Shown here in pieces: positions 53,935 through 64,000 of a DNA stretch of 64,000 nt. This stretch comes from Priapulus caudatus (lineage: Eukaryota): assembly GCF_000485595.1 (NCBI RefSeq), contig NW_014577069.1:848673-912672 (forward strand). Direction: 5' to 3'. Below the pieces are notes generated by a model that did not search any database, was not told where the DNA came from, and was given only the letters and a program-made list of their open reading frames with translations. Within the stretch, counting starts at the first letter, position 1. Every line of letters starts with the position of its first letter. A program made the translations under genes and the position numbers.

Positions 53935-54986
53935 GTAGTGTCTGTGTGTAGTGTGTTGTGTGTGTGTGTGTGTGTGGGATGTGTGTGTGCTGTGTGTGCT
54001 TGTGTAGTGTGTGTGTGTGTGTGTGGTGTGATGTGGGCGGCGCTGTGTGGTGTGATATTATATACTATAATATATATATATATATATATTATATTATATT
54101 ATATATATAAATACTGTGCTGCGTTGTTTGCAAAGTCGTGCTGTGGCGCGTTTACTCCGTGGCTTCTCCACTGAGCGATGCAAGATGCAAACTATCGTGT
54201 TTCTACCGCGGTATGTGTCCTATATTATTATCTCGTGAGTATGGGGGGCGATGCAATCGCTAGCTCAAAATCGACAGCGAAAGATGCGCAGAGAGTAGAC
54301 AGACATTCTCGTATGAACGACGTATATATATAGTTTAATAGAGTTTCTTATTAATATTTGCGCTGCGACCTTCAGTGCGCATTGCAGTTCTTAGTGGCGT
54401 TGACTTGCGGACAGCGCACTGTTCAAACAACAGTGAGATCAGGGCAAATAACACACGTGTTTGCAGAATTCCCGGACAATGGGAGAGTCGTCTGCACAAT
54501 TGCTTTATAGCCAGGCTGCGTCGTCGGCCACACACGCGCACTCTAGCAGATCATATATCACACATCCGCGCCTAACGACCGACAAAACCGGTGTTTTAAT
54601 CACATCTGGATTTTGTCATACCCTACATTACAGATGAAAGTTAGTATATGAGCACGGAAGAACACTTTATTATTGTAATCCGGAAGATATAACATGAGTT
54701 ATCGGGGGAATTACGACACTGGAGCCTCAAGGCAACATCTGCTGAAGTGAAAGAGAATAGACCTTACCTTACACAGATGTACTAGCACGACAAACGTCGC
54801 AGAGAGACATATTGCGCTTAACAAACCACGTGTTTACCTCGTTTCCATCGACAGGAATACACATCTAGTGGCGGCATGCAGTGTTACCGATAGCTGTATC
54901 AATTACAACCATTAAAGGCTTAAATTGTAACATGATGTAGTACATCATATACGAGACCGGGAGTATATATATATATATATATATAT

Positions 54987-55042
54987 ATCAGGAGTAGATA
55001 ATAGGGATTATTAATAGAGATTCCCTATTATCTACTCCTGAT
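54987..55042. repeat. 56-bp palindrome, ATCARGAG hairpin family, inside (TA)n
   Basis: Perfect 21-bp arms ATCAGGAGTAGATAATAGGGA / TCCCTATTATCTACTCCTGAT. Confidence 0.88.
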
Positions 55043-55092
55043 ATATATATATAAACAGAGATTCTTTATAATATGATATAATCTGTCATATC

Positions 55093-55174
55093 ATCGGGAG
55101 TGTCATAATATAGGCATGTCATGTGCCATAATATATAGTGTCATAATATAGATCTATATTATGACACTCCTGAT
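55093..55174. repeat. 82-bp palindrome, ATCARGAG hairpin family, flanked by ATC on both sides
   Basis: Arms ATCGGGAGTGTCATAATATAG / CTATATTATGACACTCCTGAT (20 of 21 pair). An internal perfect palindrome lies at 55137-55168. Confidence 0.85.
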
Positions 55175-55350
55175 ATCATATCATCTCTATTCATCACCTC
55201 CTGATGAGGTGATAGCGTACCGTGTATAGATGGATGCGAAACAAACTGAACTGCGGAAAGTATATAATCCAAGCACACGACATTGCACATTCACTGTGTA
55301 TGTAGTAAAAGTTATCGCTATGCGTGTCCTAACCAACCCTGTTCAAGCTT

Positions 55351-55555
55351 GGGCCCGTTGTCAGAAACAAAGTTAACATTAACATTAGTCTTACAATTAG
55401 TCTTAACGTTAATTTGGATTCGTAGACCGTTGACAGAAGTATCGTAAAGTTACGAGAATAAAAAATCCTCGCAAATTTTCTTGTAACATTAACATTAGTC
55501 GTAAGTGCTATCTTAGCATTAGCATTAACTTTACGATGTTTCTGACAACGGGCCC
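55351..55555. mobile_element. 205-bp MITE with GGGCCC-starting TIRs (Harbinger-like)
   Basis: GGGCCCGTTGTCAGAAACA ... TGTTTCTGACAACGGGCCC. The flanks CTT and CAG do not form a clean TSD. Confidence 0.7.
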
Positions 55556-56190
55556 CAGATTTTTGGCAACATCCCACAGCTTATCGAAACACGGGAGCCG
55601 TGATTTCTTTACCGCCGAATATATTACCGCTTTATATTTACGGAGTTCAGAATCCCGAATAATTGAGCACAGTATTATACTTACGCAATGTGGTATAATG
55701 ATATCTTTGCTAGAATATCTTTCGCGGCTGTGTTTGATTGAGCCCGTTAGGTAAGTTATGTGGCTTGCATGCCGTTGCTAGCCGTTTGCTGTATCGTGAC
55801 ATTTTGATGCTTTACATCAGCATAAACAGTATTTTACCAGTATAATAACACTTATTCATGACTATACTTGTGCAATTATCGCTAGTATTTACTTATACGT
55901 ATACTGTACCTGTAGCTAAGTATAATTACTTGTACCTTACATGCTGACTTGATTGACGATACTTGCAATGATTGTTAGCATGTACCCTATCGATTCCCAT
56001 GCGCGCGGGGTGTTGACAGTATCTGCCGCTGGGAGATGGGTGATGGGTGGTCGGGTTTGTCTATATTCAGGCCGGTACAGGAGATAATTTGCATATTTTA
56101 TCACGTGGTTTGTGTTATAACCAATCAGATGTAATCGCGTGTTCGTGACGTCACTTCGAGCTGTGAAGAAAATGGTGAAGGAGGAGTAAG

Positions 56191-56435
56191 GGGAGAAGGG
56201 AGAAGGTGGTGGAGAAGGAGGAGGGGAGAAGCTGGTGGAGAAGGAGGAAGGCGAGAAGGGAGAAGGTGGTGGAGAAAGAGGAGGGGAGAAGCTGGTGGAG
56301 AAGGAGGAAGGGGAGAAGGGAGAAGGTGGTGGAGAAGGAGGAGGGGAGAAGCTGGTGGAGAAGGAGGAAGGAGAGAAGGAAGAAGGTGGTGGAGAAGGAG
56401 GAGGGGAGAAGCTGGTGGAGAAGGAGGAAGGGGAG
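56191..56435. repeat. 60-bp-period purine-rich minisatellite, about 4 copies, truncated by a gap
   Basis: Consecutive 60-nt lines from 56221 are near identical. Confidence 0.9.
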
Positions 56436-56477
56436 NNNNNNNNNNACGAGTCTAGGGAGTTGCCTACGCCTACTCAT

Positions 56478-56560
56478 TAACCCTAACCCTAACCCTAACC
56501 CTAACCCTAACCCTAACCCTAACTCTAACCCTAACCCTAACCCTAACCCTAGCCCTAACC
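56478..56560 (-). repeat. Interstitial (TTAGGG)n array (CCCTAA on +)
   Basis: About 14 units with 2 variant units. Confidence 0.93.
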
Positions 56561-56625
56561 ATATCAGCTAGATAGTTACCAGGGTACGTTCCTGCAGTAC
56601 CCTGGGGCACATAGACCCTATGAGC

Positions 56626-56702
<77 letters not shown>
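56626..56702. repeat. (TAG)n microsatellite
   Basis: Direct reading. Confidence 0.95.
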
Positions 56703-57337
56703 AGTTTAATAACAATTATATGATCATGATGTGTCAGTTGTTATAACCTACTAAGTGAATGAGGCATGTGGCACCAATACTACACTCATCCGGCCCTAAC
56801 ACACACCGTTTGCCGTGCACATTCCATTTTTCAGGCTTCTGAGCAAGCACACACGCACACGCACATGCACATGCACGCGCACACGCACACGCACACTCAC
56901 ATGCACATGCACATAAACGTACGCAACCCCATACGCATAGGCATACGCATCCATACGCGTTATGTAGAGTGTCCGTACGTGGTTGTCAGCAGGAGTCGAG
57001 AGTGGATAGTAAACATGCATCCACATTGTACTTACCTGCCGTCATGGTGCTATGTGTATGTGGAGCCCTCTCCTATACTCTACTATCCATCTACTAGCCC
57101 TCGATCTCCATCCTCTACTAGCCATGGGCGTACACTACTGTGTCTATACTATTGCATGTCAACAGGACAGAACCTTAGTCTTTGGTTAGCCAGAGCCTCA
57201 TTTCATTCTTCGATTTACAAGAGGAATGTGCGATATATACACGCCATGAGCGAACAACGGAAAAGAAAAAGAAAAAAGAATGCTCGAGCATTCTCAATAC
57301 AGTTCGATTACGTCAGACCAATCGTGGCCCGAGTGTA

Positions 57338-58028
57338 GGGGAGACCGGGGACAATTGTAACACTTTTTTCTAAATCTGACATAAAAACTTTATTATAGTT
57401 AAATACTTACTTCAAGGTATATGAAATTAAAGAGGCATATCTTGGCTTGAAATATGACTAGGTTTGGGTTAAGTAAAACAAGTTATTTTGAAGCCATTAT
57501 CATTTCAAAACTGGAAGTCAAGTGTTACAATTGGCCCACAACACGGGGCGATTGTAACACACCAATGGGGCAATTGTAACACATACAATTGTACCAACAA
57601 ATCATATCCCTCAGAATTTTTTTTTATATTTTTTATAAAGGTGACACGTTCTGTTACATTTGCCCCCGAGGAGACGGCCATAATTTGGGGGCTGTTTTTG
57701 TATCTTAGCATTAGTATTCGTCAAAACTTTTACCAAATACAGGCCTAAAAACCTATTTTTTATGATATACAAATGACAGTGATAGCTCAAGTACATATTT
57801 GTCCAGAAAAAAAACATTAGGTAATTCGAGATTTTACTTACCTGCTAAAAAAACGATGTTTTGGCTGTCAAATGTTCCTCGATGCGCAAACCTGCCTATC
57901 CTCAGAACAGCATGTGGGGCAATGAAATGTGCATGCGCTGTGAAGAGCGTATACATATAGCGCGTTTCTACTAGGAATGAGGGCCTCTGTTACATTTGCC
58001 CCGTGTTACAATTGTCCCCGGTCTCCCC
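57338..58028. mobile_element. 691-bp MITE with TA TSD (Tc1/mariner-pogo-like)
   Basis: TA|GGGGAGACCGGGGACAATTGTAACAC ... GTGTTACAATTGTCCCCGGTCTCCCC|TA. Internal reiterations of the CAATTGTAACAC motif. No ORF. Confidence 0.88.
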
Positions 58029-58839
58029 TACAGTCACGGTTTACTCTACACACACACACACACACAGCGGCGGCCTCGCGCATAGCGCGCAAAACAGTTT
58101 TGTTTCAGCCTCGCGGCGTATTTAGTCGTAGGCCCGTCGCCCTCCGCCTTCCCCATTCACCGGCGCGCGCGTCGGCGTCTCAGCGCTCCGGGAACTATCG
58201 CGACAGTTTATTTACGTATTTGTCCGGTGTGGATGACATTCGGTTCGAGTTTATTTGCGTATTTATTTTCCCGCGTGGCGAGATGAACTAAAACAAAAAT
58301 GCAGCAGGCTTTTCATGCAGGCACGCAACAATACGCTCGGTGCTGCTCGCGAGATCAATCGAAGCTGCGAGGTTTGTTTAGAAAGCACGACGGAGCGGTG
58401 CAGGCCCGTGTGGACGACGCAAACCCATCAGGATGCCGCCTCTAAGCTACGACGGGGGCGCGGACAAGAAAGACAATTGCCGTGGCCGCCTCACCATTAT
58501 TTACGCGGAGGGGTTCGCAAGTGCGGGCCACCTGCGCTCCGAAACTGAGACACATCTCGTCAGCGCGCATCGTGTTCCTAGCCGCATATAAGCAAAATAT
58601 CTGAAAGAAATGTTCACGGGCGGGGGCAGGTGCGTGCGGTTTCTGTAATACGATTCGCAGCTGTTTGGGATAAACTAACATCTCGCGTTCCGCCCCGTAG
58701 GGAAGTAGAGCGATTGGAGGAGAGGCGCCGAGAGAGCGAATTTCCAGTGAAATATATGATCGTATTACTTCAGCCTGACCGCAGTGTTTATTTCTCGAAG
58801 GTCTAACATTCTCGTTTGTCGATTCCATGACGTTCCAGT

Positions 58840-60850
58840 CCATTTCCATACCATGGCCACTCATGCCGATCCATCCATTATCCACCATCCATGGCCATCA
58901 TCGCCCGATCTCATCATCTATTCCACCCATCCATCCATATCATCCGCCATCACCAGCCGTGCCATTCATCACCCCCCATCCATCCCCCATCCTCCATTTG
59001 ATCATATCATCCTATTCCATCCAGTCATCCATCCATCCATTCAGCCATCCATCCCATCCATACCCATCACCATCCACAATGACCTCCATCATCCCATCCC
59101 CATTCCATGCATCCCATCCCATCCATCCCATACCATACTCCATACCAACGCCATGTCCATGCTATCTCGGATCCATCCATATCTCTTACTAGCATATCAC
59201 TGCCCAGTAGTGCCATCATACGCTCGGCCATCATCCAGTCATCCATACCATGCCCATCCATCTCCATCTACCATCATCCATCCACCCATCCATCCATCGC
59301 ATCCATCCATTCCCATCCATCCATCCATCCATCCATCCTCTCTACTACGATCCATTACCATCATCCAACCATCCCATCCTCCATGACGCATGCCATCCAT
59401 GCCATCATCATCCATGCGCCACACATCCATCCAATCCATCATCCATCCCACCATGTCCTATCCATCCATCCATCCATGCACCATACCATCCATCCCATCC
59501 ATTCATCCATCCCCACCCATCATCAGCCCACTCCATCCACCATCGACCGAATGTCATTTTATCTACTCGCATCTTAATGCTACTCTATCTATTATAATCT
59601 AGTCCTCATCTATCCTAGTTATCTTATCGCCGTAACTTTATCTATCTACTCTATCCGTATTATCTATTCTATCTATCTCATCATCTATTTATCCTATTAG
59701 GCGTATGTACTCCTATCCTAGCTATCTATCTCGCACCATCCCATCACCATCCATCCGCCATCCATCCCATCGCACCATCCATCCATCCATCCACTCCATC
59801 CCATACTCATCATCACCATTCATCCCAGCCCACCATCCATTCCCCTCCCCCATCGCATCCCCATGCCATTACAATCAATGCCATCCGCATCGCCATAACC
59901 ATCCATCTAGTGTGTAATACCATCCATTCCATACCTGGCATCCCACAGTCCAGACCCAGCCAGCCCATTCACATGCGCCGACGGGACGGACGGCATCGTC
60001 CGAGTGATAGCGCCATACCATAGGCCAGGCAGCCAGCAGCCAGGCCATCGGGCCATCGCCATCGGCGCCAATCCAGCCAGTCCCATCTTTCTACTCACTC
60101 CATCCATAGCCGGCGATCAGTCAAGCCAGTCATCATAACCATGCCATCTCAGTCCCCTATCCATCAGTCCGACTCCATCCCCATCCATCCATCCTCCATC
60201 TATGCCATCCATCCCATGCCAATCCATGCCCATCCATCCATCCATCCACCATCCCATCCATACCATCCATCCCATATCATCCATACCCATCCCATCATCC
60301 ATCATCCATGCCATCATCCATGCCAATCATCCATGCCATCCATCCATCCCATCCGACCATCCATCCATTCCATCACATCCATCCATTCCATCACCATCCA
60401 GCACCATCATCACACCATCCATCCATCTCATGCCAATCCCATCCATGCCATTCCATCCATCCATCCATCCATCCATCCCTGCCATCCATGCCATCCCTCC
60501 ATCCATCCCACCATCCCATTCATGCTATCTATCCTTATTCTATCTATCAGCTATCTATCTACCTCTAGTCATCTATCTATCCTATCTATCTATCTATCTA
60601 TCTATCTATGATCTATCTATCTATCTATCTATCCTATCTATGCTATCTATCTTCATTCTATCGATCGTATCTATACTAGTCATGCTATCATCTATCTATC
60701 TATCTATCCTATCTATTTATCTTATGCTATTTATCTATCTACTATCTATCTATCTTATCAATAATCATCTATCTATATATCCTACTATGTATCTATCTAT
60801 ATACTCGATGACTCTCTCTATTCTACGCTATCTAGATCTATTTATATCCT
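58840..60850. repeat. Long, heavily degenerate (CCAT)n and (TCTA)n tracts in two alternating blocks
   Basis: Low-complexity sequence with dense indels, probably low consensus quality. Confidence 0.85.
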
Positions 60851-62759
60851 CACTTCTCCTCGTCGCTCTCTTTATATATATATTATAGAGTAATGGGATA
60901 TAATATATACTAGGTAGTATATATATAACTTATATATGCGTGCATAATCGTGGTAACATAATGGCGGGCATAGCGCTAGGTTTCATTACCCCTGATTATT
61001 CGCGCACCGCATTATGCTGTAGGTGGTTCCTCAGTTTAAAGGGACTCTTCTGAACCCACCGGGCGTGCCTAACGCATGTTGAGTCGGGCAGCCTGGAGGT
61101 TCCTCATGCCTTGAATTCAGGAGGGCCATAAACATGCGTACACTGCCATCGCTAGTTATGCACGTTTGTCTGGCCAGATTAAACTGCGACCGCTGTCTAT
61201 ATTGATGCCGACTAACATCACCGCCCCCGGCGTGCTTTCATGGCGCTCGTGACAGCCATTGCGTACAAAGTAAAAGATTTAAAGACAACGGTGTATTTAA
61301 CACGGTGCACTGCGCTTAATGCTGCCTCAGCGCCAGCTGCTCAATATGCAACGAAAACGCCGATGGATAGTATCAGCAGTGATGCATTCCTGTTGTTTCT
61401 CTGCGGCCGGCGTGATACATTACGCTGTCGAGTCGCTGCTCGCTAGAATTACTCTCGAATACACACGAGTCGATTTGTGTTCCACAGTGTTAGACCATGT
61501 TGAATTACATGCAGTTGACTTCTAACGAATCATCATTAGTTTCTCAGAAATTAGCCCAACATTGAAAATTTCAACTTCAAAAACTTGATGTCAAAGGAAT
61601 ACGGTTTAAATACGGTGCAGCCATTGAGAACTGATGGTCTATGGTTAGCATAATAAGGCAATAAATGCCTTTCCCCGCACTTCTTATTGAGCAATCATGA
61701 ATCTCTTGGCCTTTGAACAAAGTGTCGTCCAGTAACCCAAACCAACTTTAGCCTACACAACTTTAAGCACGCTCACGCGTAAGTCTTAAAGTTCTCGCTT
61801 TCATTAACGAGCTGTATTTGAATTAATACTAATCACGTAAACAATTCACCCGGCCAAAATACACGGCAAAATTACGATTATTTATATATTGACAGCGTGG
61901 CGTTTACCCGTACCATATCAAACAAAAATGTGCACAGCGCAGGAAATAGAGCGATGACGTCAGCTCTAAACTTAGATGTTAATCGAGTGTATGGCGCGCC
62001 GTAGAACTAAAACAATTATAGTTGAAGAAAAATTAGGCGCTGTCGTTCATCTCCATTATTTCGATCGGACTTTGGTATTAGTGTTATGTCTGTCACGGAC
62101 GCACTCCAACGCCACAGTTTGCCTAGAAATTAAGCTCGCGGGAGACGCAGATTCACCGGCATGCCATATTATAGATTCAAAATAAAAAGTGAATCTGGTT
62201 GTCAGCGAGTAAAAAAAACCCAAACATCATAACGTCGTACGCTTCGTCACGGCGCATGCCATTTCGCATCGCTGATCATTTTACACTAGGCGATCAAAAC
62301 CCGCACTATATGGAGGTGTTTACTAGCACCGTCGCTCCATCTCATGACCACTACTACTACTTTCCGGACGCAGTGGCAATCTTCAACAGTTCTACTTCGC
62401 GTCGACAGCCCTATACTGGACGTCAAAGCGCTTAATTCGGTCAACGAAGATCATCGAGGCCAATCAATATATGTTGTCGTCGCAACTCAATCTGGACGCT
62501 CTACGCTCTCGCAAGCGCCGACAGCATTCGACCGCTACAGAACAAATCGCGCCAGCAAAATTAACGGCGTCTATCACGACAGTAGGCGACAGGAGACGCA
62601 ACTGGTGCCAGCCAAGACGAGACTGTGTGCGCTCTTGTCTCTTATTTCATCTGACGGAAATAAGACCAGCGGCCATATAAAAGCGTACACGCGGTCAACC
62701 CGAGCAAAACACACACACCGGCCACTAAATGACAGCGAATCGAATGAGACACAGACAGA

Positions 62760-62783
62760 CGAGACGAGAGAGAGAGAGAGAGC

Positions 62784-62852
<69 letters not shown>
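62760..62852. repeat. (GA)n microsatellite
   Basis: Direct reading. Confidence 0.9.
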
Positions 62853-62854
<2 letters not shown>

Positions 62855-63831
62855 GGACTGTATGTGTGTGTACTCGGAGCGTTATTCGGGCTCTTCAATG
62901 AGTATTATATACGCGCGTGCGGAGCTTAACAGAGAGTTTGCCCAGCGGACCCCGTGTACGCGTGTCATTCGGACATGCAGCCACGTATGTTCAAACTTCG
63001 GCATGTCTGGCGGTCCGATTGAGCTGCCGTGCCAAAGAATGCGCGCGAATGAGTGACTACTGACCGACGAGTCGTCGAACAGACTTGCGGAGGTTTCCCA
63101 TTGACGTCACGTCTTGATGCCACCCGAGGCATGCGGTTACACACACACAGATCCCCGATCAGAATTCACCAAACGCCACACTATATATGTCGGGATAAGT
63201 AATTCTACAGCGGACTCAATGTGGCGTCGAATCTATCTATTCATAGTCGTCATCAATTTCGAAATGAGGGGTACAAAAAACGAATCGATCATTCAAATGC
63301 ATAATGATTTGACGCTGACAAATTAGTCGATGCATTCAAATGTTAGAATGATGACTCTGACAAATTAGTTATAATATTAGCAGCAAGGAAAACCTTTACT
63401 CAGCGCAGTTGGACGACCACGGCTACTAGCTGTATTAAATACTGCGCATTTATATTAGCAAGCATGACATAATTTCGACTTGTTATACTAATTGCAGGTT
63501 ATACGCGCATGCTGCTCCCTGGAAGGATTCTGCTGCGAATCGATAGATAATGAGAACCGTGCTTATTTTACCGACGACTACATACTGCGACTATAATTGC
63601 AGTGAGCCTCAGGCGTAGCAAGCTTTCACAGTATGATGCAATACACGTACTCGTGAAAAATCCGAGTCTGCACTTCTAATGGCCGTCAATTTAGCCTACA
63701 AAATGGCGAATAAACAAAAGGCCGCAAACCTGCGACCGATGTCAAACGCAGAAAGCACACGAGGCATCCTCGATCCGCCACGCAATTAAGATGCGGCGAG
63801 GCGCGCGCGCGCGCAGCGCGCGCTGCAGTGG

Positions 63832-63862
<31 letters not shown>

Positions 63863-64000
63863 TGTGTGTGTTGTGTGTGTGTGTGGTTGTGTGTGGTGTG
63901 TGTGTGTTGTGNNNNNNNNNNNNNNNNNNNNNNNNNTTTCTTCTCTCTCTCCTCTCTCTCTCATCTCTTCTATTCTCTCCTTCTCTCTCTCTCCATCGTC

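Noticed and set aside
56206..56571. Glu/Lys/Gly-rich repetitive protein
   Set aside because: Translation of a 60-bp minisatellite with no exon evidence.
58784..60888. His/Pro/Ser/Ile-rich ORFs
   Set aside because: Translations of degenerate (CCAT)n/(TCTA)n sequence.
62199..62901. Overlapping ORFs of 69-185 aa
   Set aside because: No recognisable domain or consistent splice structure. The longest runs into (GA)n.

Overview
Eukaryotic (animal, probably ecdysozoan invertebrate) draft-assembly DNA. It is intron- and repeat-rich, contains N gaps, and has several stretches with indel-rich, raw-long-read-like quality. Almost all ORFs in the supplied track are microsatellite or chance ORFs. One host gene can be reconstructed by hand on the minus strand (about 35.8-44.7 kb): a chitin deacetylase-like protein with CBM14 chitin-binding, LDLa and CE4/NodB domains. 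Three of its exons splice cleanly in phase, but its catalytic and metal-binding motifs are substituted (TFDD>TFES, HSxxH>LSISH), so it is probably a pseudo-enzyme. Mobile DNA includes: a 5.86-kb rearranged fold-back Academ-type transposon with a 3-bp TSD and a nested Helentron-type non-autonomous element; a Harbinger derivative retaining a MADF fragment; a truncated LINE RT; pogo-like and Harbinger-like MITEs; and a family of tiny (45-82 bp) palindromic insertions with ATCARGAG termini, one of which can be compared with its empty site inside the window. Both (TTAGG)n and (TTAGGG)n interstitial arrays are present. All family assignments come from motif recognition by eye; no searches were run.
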